From Pseudomonadota bacterium (lineage in GTDB: Bacteria > Myxococcota > JACRCW01 > JAFGSX01), in contig JBDRCO010000111.1 in assembly GCA_043821645.1 (NCBI GenBank), positions 32,001 to 96,000 on the forward strand: a DNA stretch of 64,000 bases. Direction: 5' to 3'. A program made the translations under genes and the position numbers. Positions 18,532 through 32,331 of this stretch are shown piece by piece. Numbering within the stretch: the first letter of the stretch is position 1; the number at the start of each line of letters is the position of its first letter. The notes under the pieces were generated by a model. The model was not told the origin of the DNA and searched no databases. It saw nothing but the letters and a program-made list of their open reading frames with translations.

Positions 18532-21486
18532 CTATGGGCACAGCTCGTGGACTCCGATATCGTACTCGGCGCCGCAGGGCCTGGCTGTGCCGTCGATGTC
18601 CAGCATGTCCTCGGGATCGGTGGCCGCAGCAAAGGGCCAGTACTGGTCCGACATGCGGCTTGCGTCCTTGAGCGGGGACCCGGGCTGCAGGTGATAGCCG
18701 TCCGCTTCGAACAGCGGGTCGACGTCGACCGAGGCTCGGTTGGTCGAGCCACTGCCGTAGTATGCCAGCTGGTTGACCGCGGCCACGGCGGTCAGGTCCA
18801 CGGCGGCCGAGCAGTCTGCTCCGGGAGCCCGATGCACGTAAGCGGTGGGCTCCGCGCCGACACCGTCGATGGCAGGCCAGAACGCGTTGTTGAACGAATA
18901 GAACGGCTCGACGCGGTGCAGCCCGCCACTGGCTGAACATGTTTCCATGTAGCCAAGGCTGGTTGCACCGGCCCCGGCGTCGATGATGTTGCCGACAAAA
19001 AGACCGGCATGCGCCGAGGCGACCGTGGCGTCGCCACTCAGGTTCACCGCCACACTGATGCCACTGGCGAGGCCTGCACCTGCGATCAGGTTGTGCAGCA
19101 GGACCACGTCGTCACCGGCATTTCCCGCCAGCTCCAGGCCCTGGCTCACCGAGGCGTTGCCGCCGAGGATGCGATTGGCGATCACGAAGGTGCTCTGCTC
19201 GAGCATGGGGACGTTCTCGTCGGCACGTATCCACAGACCCACCGCAAGGTTGGTCGGTGGATCGGTCCTGCCACCTGCCTGCAGCAGGTTTCGCTCGAGG
19301 CGACAGTACCGGCAACCGCCCGCCAGATAGACGCCCGCTGCCAGCTGGCTGGCCTGGCCACCCGCTATGATGCTGTCGTGCAGGCTCAACCTGAACATCT
19401 CGACGTCACCGAGCAGGCCATAGCTGCGCTGGCAGCCATCGCCACCGCGGACATCCAGATTCGAGAGTCTGACGCTGATGGCCGCCCCCTCCATCCACAC
19501 ACCGCGGCTGGAACCCGTGCTCCCGGCGCAGGTGCCGCCCTGCACCTGCCCACCATTCATGGTCAAGAGTCCATTTCCCCTGATGTGCAAGCCTGCGGTG
19601 GTCTCGGCCTGGCCAGATTGCACCACGGCGTCGGTGCAGACCAGCGTGCCTGCATCGTGGAGTATGCCTGTCGAGGTGGTGCCACTCGCTCCTGCGACGT
19701 CACCGGCCACCACGGTGGTGGCGTCGAGAAGCAGGTGGCTGCTCGCGCCACTCAGCTGAATGCCGATGGCGCGCTCCGTGGCGGGGCCGCTGTCGATGCT
19801 GCCGGCGGTCACCTGCAGCGTGGCATTGTCGCTGAAACGAACTCCCACCGCGACCAAGGTCGATGCGCCACTCGGGCTGGTTCCCACGACGGTGCTTCCG
19901 TCGAGCGTTACACCCTGGGCGTCGAGGTCTATCCCGACGGCCGTGCCGTCTGCCAGCGAGACCGGGTCCAGATCCAGCCCCTTGCCGCCCTCGAAGCGAT
20001 CTCCGACGCTGCGCAGCGGTGCCGCGAGCAGGCCTCCCGTGGCCAGCCCAGCCTGGCCGCCTCGGTAGAAGTTGTCGCGACTGATCGCCGGGGAGGATGC
20101 CACCAGGCCTACCGCCTGATGCGGTGTGAACTGTCCCACCACTCCACGGGCGCTGTTGCGCTCGATGATGGGCGTCGAGAATGCGGCCATGGGCGCACCG
20201 ACCAGGATCCCGACATATCCACCTTCGTTGCAGGCGATGCCGCAGCCCAGGATCTCCTCATTGTCGTGCGCCCAAAGGTCACCACCGGCCAGATACAGCC
20301 CGTAGGCCACCTGGGTGGCGGTGCCACCCTCGATCAACATGTTGCCCGCGATCTCGGCGCGTGTTGCACCGCCTTCGCGCGCGCGGATGGCAGCACCCAT
20401 GACGATGGAGGCCCGGCCACCCAGGATGCTATTGCCCACGACCTGTGGCACGCCTCCCGCAATGTGCAAGCCCACTGTCATGGTGCTGGCTGTGCCACCC
20501 TGAATGGTGTTGCCCTCGACCACGCTCACTAGCTCCGAGTCGATATCCTCGAATTCGATATACAGACCCGCGGCCAGCTCGGGTGCCGCTTGCAGGGTCG
20601 GCGGTGCACCGTGCAGCCGGTTGTCGCGGATCTCGCTGGCGGCGTCGATCACGTGCACCGCAGTGCGGGTGGCCATGGGTTGCAGGGCCTCCGCGGCCTG
20701 GATGTCGCATCCCTCCAACCGCACCCCGCTGGCCGTGATGCGCACGCCCTCTTCACCGGTGAAGCGGATGGGGGTGTGGAACCAGGTGTCACTCACCTTG
20801 TCCCAGCTCACGGGGTCAAAGCCGCACTCCAGGCTCAGCACCACGCCCGTGTCGGATGCGTCGTCATCCAGCAGCAGGGTGGAGTCGCGCAGGTAGGCGG
20901 TGCCGGAGGTGGCCAGGCGGAGCAGAGGCTCGGCCTCGTCTCCACCTGCAATGCGCGCTCGCAAGTTGGCCATGGCGTCCTCGATGTCCTTGCAGGACCT
21001 CCCCGGCGCACCGCAGTGTCCGTGGCGAGCGCCTGCTTCCTGGTAGCCCCGGCCCTCCCAGCTCGAGGTGTTGGCCACATCGCCGCCGCGCTCGTCGAGC
21101 ACGGTCACCGCGATCTCGCGCGCCACCGTTGTCTTGCCGTCGCTGACCTCGAGTGTGATCGTGAGCTGCGCTGCTGCTGGTCCGCCCTCATAGACGGCAC
21201 GATCGATCGCGATCATCGGATCAACGCAACCGTCAGGCATCGTCACCCCGGCCAGGGCCGGACTCACTTGCCAGGTGCAGCGCAACGCGTCGCCGTCGGC
21301 GTCGTGCGCGGCCTCGATCAACAGTGCGGTGCTGTCGCCAGGGAAGAGGGCCACGGACTCCACCGCGACCACGTTCGGCGCCCGGTTGTCGTCGCCGGGA
21401 CCCGGTGGAGTGCCTCCGCAGTCACAGGAACTGGCGAGCACGCCAAGGGATAGCAGGAAGATCTTCTGGCCCGTCACGCGGATCAT
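18532..21486 (-). CDS. Large lipoprotein with a PKD-like domain and a long Gly-rich parallel beta-helix
   Basis: Lipobox LASSC. NRAP...DADGDALRCTW...LEVSDG (PKD-like). Repeated N.I.GG....GI strands and a C-terminal YHLQPGSP...DIDGTARP...DIGVHE motif. Confidence 0.78.
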   Translation of the reverse strand: MIRVTGQKIFLLSLGVLASSCDCGGTPPGPGDDNRAPNVVAVESVALFPGDSTALLIEAAHDADGDALRCTWQVSPALAGVTMPDGCVDPMIAIDRAVYEGGPAAAQLTITLEVSDGKTTVAREIAVTVLDERGGDVANTSSWEGRGYQEAGARHGHCGAPGRSCKDIEDAMANLRARIAGGDEAEPLLRLATSGTAYLRDSTLLLDDDASDTGVVLSLECGFDPVSWDKVSDTWFHTPIRFTGEEGVRITASGVRLEGCDIQAAEALQPMATRTAVHVIDAASEIRDNRLHGAPPTLQAAPELAAGLYIEFEDIDSELVSVVEGNTIQGGTASTMTVGLHIAGGVPQVVGNSILGGRASIVMGAAIRAREGGATRAEIAGNMLIEGGTATQVAYGLYLAGGDLWAHDNEEILGCGIACNEGGYVGILVGAPMAAFSTPIIERNSARGVVGQFTPHQAVGLVASSPAISRDNFYRGGQAGLATGGLLAAPLRSVGDRFEGGKGLDLDPVSLADGTAVGIDLDAQGVTLDGSTVVGTSPSGASTLVAVGVRFSDNATLQVTAGSIDSGPATERAIGIQLSGASSHLLLDATTVVAGDVAGASGTTSTGILHDAGTLVCTDAVVQSGQAETTAGLHIRGNGLLTMNGGQVQGGTCAGSTGSSRGVWMEGAAISVRLSNLDVRGGDGCQRSYGLLGDVEMFRLSLHDSIIAGGQASQLAAGVYLAGGCRYCRLERNLLQAGGRTDPPTNLAVGLWIRADENVPMLEQSTFVIANRILGGNASVSQGLELAGNAGDDVVLLHNLIAGAGLASGISVAVNLSGDATVASAHAGLFVGNIIDAGAGATSLGYMETCSASGGLHRVEPFYSFNNAFWPAIDGVGAEPTAYVHRAPGADCSAAVDLTAVAAVNQLAYYGSGSTNRASVDVDPLFEADGYHLQPGSPLKDASRMSDQYWPFAAATDPEDMLDIDGTARPCGAEYDIGVHELCP

Positions 21487-21815
21487 GTATTCCCTCCATC
21501 ATCTGTACCGATGGGCACCATGGACAATACAGCGCATGCGACGCAGGTGGCACGGCGAATGTGGTCCTCGGGCCCCGGGGATGATGCAGCCTCGAAACAG
21601 GTGCTCTCTCCACCTCTCCTCGGACCCGCGCGCAGGTATCGGGAACCGGCTCCCGACGACACCCGCTGTGAGAAAGCGAGCGGTCACGGACTGAAACGGC
21701 CCCTGTGACGGGAGCGTTGCCTGCTGCGGCGGGATGTGGCACGAAACGCATCCCTCGAGAGAGGCGTGGCAAACTCCGGGCGAATCCCCAACCCTCGACT
21801 CCGACGAGGCGCTGC

Positions 21816-24140
21816 ATGACCGAGACCGCCGCAACATCGGCCCAGGACTACAGTCACCAGATCGCCGCCGAGCTCGCCCTGCCCGAGGCCGGTGTGCGCC
21901 AGGCCCTGGCCCTGTTCGGCAGCGGCGCCACGGTGCCCTTCGTCGCGCGGTACCGCAAGGAGGTGACGCAGGACCTCGACGAGGTGCAGCTGCGCGCCCT
22001 CCAGGAGCGTGAGGTCTACCTGCGCGAGCTCGACGAGCGGCGGGCCACCGTGCTCAAGAGCATCGCCGAGCAAGGCAAGCTGACACCAGAGTTGCAGGCC
22101 GCGATCCTGGGCTGCACCAGCAAGAACACTCTCGAGGATTTGTACCTTCCTTTCAAACCCAAGCGCCGCACCCGGGCCACCATCGCGCGCGAGAAGGGAC
22201 TGGAGCCCCTGGCGCTGCGCATCCTGGAGCAACCTGAAGAAGGCGATCCCGAGGTCGAGGCCGCGCCCTTTGTGGACCTCGACAGGGGCGTCGAGGACGT
22301 CGAGGCCGCCCTGGCGGGGGCGCGGGATATTGTCGCCGAGGCCGTATCGGAGCAGGTCGACGTGCGCGCCCAGGTGCGACGCCTGTTCGTCGAACGAGGA
22401 CTCGTGGTGTCAACGATGGCACGCGAGGTGGCGGGCACGCGCACCAAGTTCGAGCAGTACTACGAGTTCAGTGAGCCCGTGGCGAGCATTCCCTCCCATC
22501 GCTTCCTGGCTGTGCGCAGGGGGGAGCGCGAAGGCGCGCTGAAGGCGAGCGTGTGCATCGAGGCCGAGGCGGCACTGCCTGACGCTCTGCGACGCATGGG
22601 GCACCGCCCCGGCACACCCTTCGCGGGCCAGTTGCTCGAGGCGACTCGCGACGCCCTGGAACGTCTGCTGCTTCCCACCGTCGAGACCGACACGCGGGTC
22701 GACCTGAAGATGCGCGCCGACCGGGACGCCATCGAGGTCTTCGCCGACAACCTTCGCGCGCTGCTGCTGGCGTCACCCCTGGGCGGGAAACCCGTGTTCG
22801 GCATCGACCCGGGACTGCGCACGGGCTGCAAGCTCGCCGTGGTCGACCCCACCGGCCGCTTCGTCGAGAACACCACGCTGTATCTGAGTGCCAGCGACGA
22901 CGCCAAGCAGCGGGCCGCGAAGGATCTGCTGCAGCTGGTCGAGCGCCACCATCCCTTCGCGGTGGCCGTGGGCAACGGAACCGGCGGACGCGAGACCGAG
23001 GCCTGGGTGCGGCTGGTCCTGCGCGACTCGGGCCAGAACACGGTGCTTGTGGTGCCGGTCAACGAGTCCGGGGCCAGCGTGTACAGCGCCTCGGACATCG
23101 CCCGGGAGGAATTCCCGGAACTCGACCTCACAGTGCGCGGCGCCATCTCCATTGCTCGGCGTCTGCAGGATCCCCTGGCCGAGCTGGTCAAGGTGGAGCC
23201 CAAGGCCATAGGTGTGGGCCAGTACCAGCACGATGTGCATCAGCCGCTGCTGGCACGCAAGCTGGACCAGGTTGTCGAGAGCTGTGTCAACGCGGTGGGC
23301 GTCGAACTCAACACGGCCAGCGCGGCGCTGCTTTCTCACGTGGCCGGGGCCGGGCCCAAGCTGGCATCCAAGATCGTGACGCACCGCGAGCAGCACGGCC
23401 GCTTCGTCGCCCGCAAGGGTCTCAAGGACGTGTCCGGGCTTGGCCCGCGTGCCTTCGAGCAGTGTGCAGGCTTCATCCGCGTGCGGGACGGGGAGCATCC
23501 GCTGGACGCCTCGGCGGTGCACCCCGAGCGCTACAAGCTGGTCGAGCGCATGGCCAAGGACCTCGGCGTAGATCTGAGGAGCCTCATCGGCAACAAGGAG
23601 CAGATCGCACGCATCGACCTGGCGCGCTACGTCGAGGGTGACGTGGGTGAGCCCACCCTGCGGGACATCCTGGCCGAGCTGCAGAAGCCCGGTCGGGATC
23701 CACGCCAGAGCTTCGAGCCCCCACGCTTTCGTGACGACGTGCAGACACTCGAGGATCTCAAGCCCGGCATGCGCCTCGAGGGTGTGGTCACCAACGTCAC
23801 GGCCTTTGGTGCCTTCGTCGACCTGGGCGTGCACCAGGATGGGCTGGTCCACGTGTCCAAGCTCGCAGATCGCTTCGTTCGGGATCCGCGCGAGGTGGTG
23901 AAGGCCGGCGATCGCATCGTGGTGCGGGTTCTCGATGTGGACTTGGAGCGGCGACGCATCTCACTGACCGCTCGCAGCGACGAGCCTGCCACGGCTCAAG
24001 CTCCAGGCGAGGGTGCGCGCGGAACAAGCACACCGGAGCGACCGCGACAGGATTCGCGCCGCGCCCCCGAGCCCCGTTCGCCGGCGGGTGACGGCTTTCG
24101 GAACAATCCCTTCGCCGATGCCCTCAAGAGCTTGCGTTGA
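21816..24140 (+). CDS. tex: Tex family RNA-binding transcriptional accessory protein
   Basis: Motifs GATVPFVARYRKE, GIDPGLRTGCK, NESGASVYSAS, IGVGQYQHDV and the S1 domain FGAFVDLGVHQDGLVHVS. Confidence 0.96.
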   Translation: MTETAATSAQDYSHQIAAELALPEAGVRQALALFGSGATVPFVARYRKEVTQDLDEVQLRALQEREVYLRELDERRATVLKSIAEQGKLTPELQAAILGCTSKNTLEDLYLPFKPKRRTRATIAREKGLEPLALRILEQPEEGDPEVEAAPFVDLDRGVEDVEAALAGARDIVAEAVSEQVDVRAQVRRLFVERGLVVSTMAREVAGTRTKFEQYYEFSEPVASIPSHRFLAVRRGEREGALKASVCIEAEAALPDALRRMGHRPGTPFAGQLLEATRDALERLLLPTVETDTRVDLKMRADRDAIEVFADNLRALLLASPLGGKPVFGIDPGLRTGCKLAVVDPTGRFVENTTLYLSASDDAKQRAAKDLLQLVERHHPFAVAVGNGTGGRETEAWVRLVLRDSGQNTVLVVPVNESGASVYSASDIAREEFPELDLTVRGAISIARRLQDPLAELVKVEPKAIGVGQYQHDVHQPLLARKLDQVVESCVNAVGVELNTASAALLSHVAGAGPKLASKIVTHREQHGRFVARKGLKDVSGLGPRAFEQCAGFIRVRDGEHPLDASAVHPERYKLVERMAKDLGVDLRSLIGNKEQIARIDLARYVEGDVGEPTLRDILAELQKPGRDPRQSFEPPRFRDDVQTLEDLKPGMRLEGVVTNVTAFGAFVDLGVHQDGLVHVSKLADRFVRDPREVVKAGDRIVVRVLDVDLERRRISLTARSDEPATAQAPGEGARGTSTPERPRQDSRRAPEPRSPAGDGFRNNPFADALKSLR

Positions 24141-25617
24141 ACTGCAGGAGTTCCTGCTCCCCGAAGCAGGCCTGACCGCGACCGGCGTGCTTGGCCCGGT
24201 ACAGGAAACGGTCAGCCAGTCGGTACAGGGTCGTGGGATCCGAGGCGTCGTCGGGCCAGGTGGCTCCGCCGATGCTGATCGAGATGCCGTGCTTCATGGC
24301 AGCACAGCCCAGACGAACAGCAGCAGCACGGAGCTGGTCGCGGCTCTGCTCGGAGCAGAACACCGCGAACTCGTCACCACCCAGGCGCCCGACGAGGTCG
24401 CTCAGGCGCAGCTCCTGGTGCAGGAGCTGTCCCAGGGTGCGCAGCACCTCGTCACCCGCCTCGTGCCCGCGGGTGTCATTGGTGAGCTTGAAACGATCGA
24501 TATCGATGACCAGGAGCGAGCACGGGCGTCGCGAACGCACGCAGCGGGCTTGCTCCTCGGACACGCGGCGGTCGAATTCGCGGCGATTGAGCACCCCGGT
24601 GAGACCATCGGTGCGAGCCAGTTCCTCGACGCTGCGCAGGAGTTCGAGGTTCTCCCAGACCAGGGCCGTCTGGTCGATGAAGAAGCGGCACAGTGTGATG
24701 CGTTCGGGCGGAATGGGAGCTCGGTTGTAGACGTTGTCGGCGTAGATCAAGCCCATGAGCTTGCCGTGTGGCTTGATGGCTGCGAGCAAGAATTCCTCAG
24801 CTGGCCCGAGGGCTCGCAGGGAGCCGTTGACGAGCTGACCACGCTGCACGAGCAAGGGGCCCGAGTGTGCGAGCGCTGCGCTCACCTCGTCCGCGGCATC
24901 CGGGCTGACCTCCAGGGAGCGGGTCCGGATGAACTCCTCGAATCCCGTGTGAAAGCGGCCGCGAGCGTAGTCCTCGACCAGATCCTCGATGCCCTTGGAC
25001 TGGATCTCGATCTCCTCCCAGATCGCGCTCGCCTCCAGGCCGCTGGCTGGTCCCACGGCCCGGGAACCGATAAAACCTCCCCTCACCGGATCGTGCACGA
25101 ACAGGGCGGCGCGATTGAAGCCCAGGGAATAGCCAGAGGTCAGGCCCGAGAGCATGATGTACAGGGCCCTGTCCACATCGGTGTTCTCGAGCATGTGGCT
25201 GGTGATGCTCTGCATCGTGGCCAGGGTCGCGGACTGAAAGGCGAGACGCTGCAGCAGGTCCGGGAACTCCTCACGCGTGAACAGGGTCTCGAACACGCGC
25301 CGCACAACCTCGGTGATATCCCTCGACAGTTCTCTCGTGTCGAGGACGCAGGCACGCGTTCCTCGCGACAGGGATACACGCGCCTGCGAGGCGTCTGGTA
25401 CCAGCCGCAGCTCGGCCAGGTCGAGGTGCGTGCTCCCCAGCGCCAGCTTGATGAGCTGCCGGGCCACCAGGGGGATGACCTCGCGCTCCGCAGGCAGGAC
25501 CGCTTCGAGGCTCAAACGCTGGGGCAGGTAGGCAAAGACAGCGCGCACGTGAAAGGGCAGCGACGCCAGCTTGATGTGGTGCCAGATCTCCTCAGGGATA
25601 TTGTCGGTCCGTGGCAT
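24124..25617 (-). CDS. GAF-GGDEF diguanylate cyclase
   Basis: Motifs DGLTGVLNRR, DIDRFKLTND, an RxxD I-site (RLSD) and an intact GGDEF. N-terminal GAF-like region (GFNRAALF, GLIYADN). Confidence 0.92.
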   Translation of the reverse strand: MPRTDNIPEEIWHHIKLASLPFHVRAVFAYLPQRLSLEAVLPAEREVIPLVARQLIKLALGSTHLDLAELRLVPDASQARVSLSRGTRACVLDTRELSRDITEVVRRVFETLFTREEFPDLLQRLAFQSATLATMQSITSHMLENTDVDRALYIMLSGLTSGYSLGFNRAALFVHDPVRGGFIGSRAVGPASGLEASAIWEEIEIQSKGIEDLVEDYARGRFHTGFEEFIRTRSLEVSPDAADEVSAALAHSGPLLVQRGQLVNGSLRALGPAEEFLLAAIKPHGKLMGLIYADNVYNRAPIPPERITLCRFFIDQTALVWENLELLRSVEELARTDGLTGVLNRREFDRRVSEEQARCVRSRRPCSLLVIDIDRFKLTNDTRGHEAGDEVLRTLGQLLHQELRLSDLVGRLGGDEFAVFCSEQSRDQLRAAAVRLGCAAMKHGISISIGGATWPDDASDPTTLYRLADRFLYRAKHAGRGQACFGEQELLQFNASS

Positions 25618-25704
25618 GTGGCCCTGACCTTACTGCGTCAGACCAGGCCCGAACAAGCTGGGCAACATTGACCCGACGCCTTGTGGGTGTAGGATCGCGA
25701 ACCT

Positions 25705-27348
25705 CTGACGACGGAGCCATCCATTCCACGCCACGCGACCAGCAGCAGCTCGCTGCGCGAACGCCTGCACGAGATCCTGGAACCCTACCAGGGAGGTCCG
25801 GGCTCCACGCGGCTCAGTCTGGTGGTGGACCTGCTGGTGCTGCTGTGCATCGTTGCGTCCATCGTCCTGATCCCGCTCGAATTCACACATCCAGAATATG
25901 CAGAGCGGATCTGGCAGGCCGAGCTGGGCTTCACCGCGATATTCGTGGTCGAGTACCTGTTGCGCTGGTATGCGGCACCCCGCCGATGGCGCTATCCCTT
26001 TGGCTTCTATGCGGTCATTGACCTGCTCGCGATCCTGCCGACGATGCTCACCGCGGGCGCCGAGTTCATGGCTTTTCGAGCCGTGCGCGGGTTGCGCTTG
26101 CTTCGCCTGTTGCGCGTTCTACGTGCAGTGCGGCTGCTGCGCATGTTGCGCTATGGCTACCTGCTGCGCCGCGCCCTGGCGCGCCTCACCATCTGGCTCG
26201 GCGCCATCATTTACCAGTACCGCCTGAAGCAGCTGGGCCGGCTGGCTCTGTACGTCGTTATCGCCTGGGTGGTGGGTGCCAATGTCCTCCACCTCACCGA
26301 GCTCAGGTTAGCCGGTCCGGACAGCCCCTACGCCAACTACTGGCACGCCTACTGGAACGTGGTGGTACTGCTGATCTCGGGCATCGAGGACAAGGAACCG
26401 CGATCCGTGCTGGGGAGCATCGAGGTCACGGCCATGCTCATCGTGGGCATCGTCATGGTCGGCCTTCTCACCGGCGAGATCGTGGGTGTGCTGGTGCGTC
26501 GTGTGCAACGTGCCGGGCGCGTACCGCTGATGCCACCGGGCGAGCGCATGACGCAGCACATCGTGGTGCTTGGCCGCAATCGCCACCTCGATCAGGTGGT
26601 GCGCCAGGTCATGGCGGCCCTGCGTGAGCGCCACTACGTGTTGTTGGTGAGCCAGGATGCGGACCAGATCGTGGTGACTGAGCCTTCGGTGTATCGCCAG
26701 GTCCTGGCCTTGCCGGGCGATCCCGCGGACCGCCGCATCCTGGAGCAGGCCAACGTGGCTGGGGCACTGCGGGTGATCGTGCTGGCGGAGGATGACGGGG
26801 CACACAGGGCCTCGCAGATCGACAACCGCTCGCTGATGCGGACCCTCGCGGTGCTGGGTCATGCCCGGCACGTGCCCGTGGTCACCGAGATCCTCGACGA
26901 CGAGAGTCTGGGCTACGCGAGCCATCTGGAGGGGCCGGAGTTCGTGCTCAGCCGCCAGATGGGAGTGAAGTTGCTCGCACGAGCGGTCCTGGAGCCCGGT
27001 TTGACAGGCATTTTCGACGAGTTGCTGACCTTCACCACCGACTCCAGTGAGTTCTACACCCTTCCGGTGCTGGCGAGTCTGGTTGGCAAGAGCTTCCCCG
27101 AGGCCCAGCGCCACTTCGTGGATCACGACGACGAGGCCGTGATCCTGATCGGGGTGGACAGGTCGCCCCAGGACCGACCCGGTTCTGACCTGCTGCTAGC
27201 GCCCACGCCCGGTGACAAGGGAGCGCCGCTCGACGCGCTGGTGCTACGCGAGGGTGACCGCCTGGTGTTCATCGCCTACGAGCTGCCTCGCTTTGCCGAG
27301 GTCGACAGGGAGGATCTGTGGCAGGGCAAGATCCTGCTCTCGGTCTAG
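25705..27348 (+). CDS. 6TM voltage-gated-like ion channel with a C-terminal RCK (TrkA-N-like) domain; start uncertain (CTG 25705, ATT 25723 or GTG 25822)
   Basis: LRERLHEILE, then S1-S3 (IFVVEYLLR, IDLLAILP), an Arg-rich S4, a pore segment YWNVVVLLISGIEDKEP, and an RCK domain (HIVVLG, GDPAD...LEQANV). Confidence 0.85.
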   Translation: MTTEPSIPRHATSSSSLRERLHEILEPYQGGPGSTRLSLVVDLLVLLCIVASIVLIPLEFTHPEYAERIWQAELGFTAIFVVEYLLRWYAAPRRWRYPFGFYAVIDLLAILPTMLTAGAEFMAFRAVRGLRLLRLLRVLRAVRLLRMLRYGYLLRRALARLTIWLGAIIYQYRLKQLGRLALYVVIAWVVGANVLHLTELRLAGPDSPYANYWHAYWNVVVLLISGIEDKEPRSVLGSIEVTAMLIVGIVMVGLLTGEIVGVLVRRVQRAGRVPLMPPGERMTQHIVVLGRNRHLDQVVRQVMAALRERHYVLLVSQDADQIVVTEPSVYRQVLALPGDPADRRILEQANVAGALRVIVLAEDDGAHRASQIDNRSLMRTLAVLGHARHVPVVTEILDDESLGYASHLEGPEFVLSRQMGVKLLARAVLEPGLTGIFDELLTFTTDSSEFYTLPVLASLVGKSFPEAQRHFVDHDDEAVILIGVDRSPQDRPGSDLLLAPTPGDKGAPLDALVLREGDRLVFIAYELPRFAEVDREDLWQGKILLSV

Positions 27349-28119
27349 ATGCCGGGGGCCAGTGTCGCTGCGGCGGTGAGGGACACGATGCCCGCCTGGC
27401 CGAGCTGCGCCACCACGTCGTGATCTGCAATCTCAATCCCATGGTGCGGGCCATTGTCGACGAGCTGCTGGATGATCCCCGGCAACGGGTCCCGGCCGTG
27501 GTGCTCCTGGTGCAGGACATGGCGCTCTGGAGCGAGCATCCGGAGTGGCAGCCTGCGCCGCGGCATGGTGATCGCGTGGTCGTCCTGGGCGGCTGCTCCC
27601 TCGAGGAACGCTGCTTTTCCCGCTCCGGCCTCGCACGGTCGCAGGCCGCGCTGATCCTGGCGGATCCGCGGCAGGGCGAGCTTGCCGACGCGCGCTCGAC
27701 GCTGCTCGCCATGGCCATCGAACGGCACAGTCGTGATGTGCACACCGTGGTGGAGCTGCAGTGGTCCGTCAATCGCGCCCATCTCGAGGCGACCGAGGTC
27801 GACGAGGTGGTGTGCATGGGCGACCTGAGCGAGAAGTTGCTGGCACAGTGCTGCATCACCCCGGGAGTGAAGCGCATCTTCGAACGCCTGCTCGGGGGCC
27901 AGGGTTCGAGCACACGCTGGCAGCTCCCCGTCTTGCCTGGGTCCTGTGTGGGCCAGAGCTACAGGCAGGTGGTGCAGCGTTCCATCGCCGAGGGCTGGCC
28001 CTGTGTGCTGTGCGGCTTCGTGCCGCAGCCGCCTGAGGGGGAGGCCCCGCAATTCATCCTGAACCCGCGCCCCCGCGAGGAGCCAGGCAAGGACAGCGTG
28101 CTGCAGGCGAGGGATCGAC

Positions 28120-31392
<3,273 letters not shown>

Positions 31393-31463
31393 TCTGAACT
31401 CCGTGTGCGAGAACTGGCCGCCTCAAGCTACTGCGCACCCGGGCACCGCGCCAGCGGCGGTGC

Positions 31464-32162
31464 CTAGCGACGCTTCTTGCCTTTCTTCCGGGGCGGAGGC
31501 TTCTTCCTCGGCGGCTTTCCCCCGCTCTTGCCGTAGTTCTTGGGGACCTTGAAGCGCCAGGGGGACTGCCAGGTCAGGCGCCACACCGGTCGCTCGACAT
31601 CCGTGGTCTTCATGTAGCGAAGCTCGTCGTCGCTCTCGATGAGCAGCACACCATCGAGGATGGCCAGGATGCGCGCACTCGCCCCCAGATCGTCGTCTAC
31701 GTGAAGGGCGTAGACCCCTGACGGGCAGTCCACATCGACGACGTCACTGTCAAGCTGCACCAGGGCCACGGCGGGGCAGGCACCGTCGACGCGCGTCTCG
31801 AGTAGGCTGAGACTGCGGTACAGGATGGGGGCGGGCTGGTACCAGTCCGTCGAGTGCAGCAGGTCGATGCAGTACTCGCCCACCTCGATGCCCTCGATCA
31901 CCTGGCGTCGGTAGGTTCTGTTGACTCCGCGATCGTGCTCTTCGCCGAAGACCGCTGAACAGTGGGCAGCAGGCAGCACGTCGGCACCCAGACCGCAGTT
32001 GGTCCCTTCGTCGGCCAGGACCAGGCCGGGCAGGTTCAGGAGCAGTCCGAGGCCCACTCCCAGCAGGGTCCTGGTGCGTTGCCCTTTCGGATGGAGACGG
32101 GAGAGGGACAGGGGCACGGGAACAGGCGAAGGACTGCAGTGTGGTATGCGCCAGACAGACAT
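31464..32162 (-). CDS. Hypothetical exported protein with a Lys/Arg-rich tail; start uncertain
   Basis: Hydrophobic signal-like segment LLGVGLGLLLNLPGLVLA and coding-like composition. Confidence 0.55.
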   Translation of the reverse strand: MSVWRIPHCSPSPVPVPLSLSRLHPKGQRTRTLLGVGLGLLLNLPGLVLADEGTNCGLGADVLPAAHCSAVFGEEHDRGVNRTYRRQVIEGIEVGEYCIDLLHSTDWYQPAPILYRSLSLLETRVDGACPAVALVQLDSDVVDVDCPSGVYALHVDDDLGASARILAILDGVLLIESDDELRYMKTTDVERPVWRLTWQSPWRFKVPKNYGKSGGKPPRKKPPPRKKGKKRR

Positions 32163-32331
32163 CGGTCTCCGGTTCGGGTTCGGGGTTACACGGGTGTGTC
32201 GCGTCGAGCGATGAAGCGACGTTGCACGGCGACGGCCTCATCATAGCGCAGCGAGCGCCCAGGTCCACCCCACGTCTTGGCAGGGGGCCTGCGCGTGCTA
32301 GCATGTGGGCTTCAACGCCCCGGGGGCCGGC

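Noticed and set aside
21640-21715. Cluster of small hairpins upstream of tex (possible ncRNA)
   Set aside because: Short GC-rich stems are expected by chance, and they match no riboswitch consensus I recognise.
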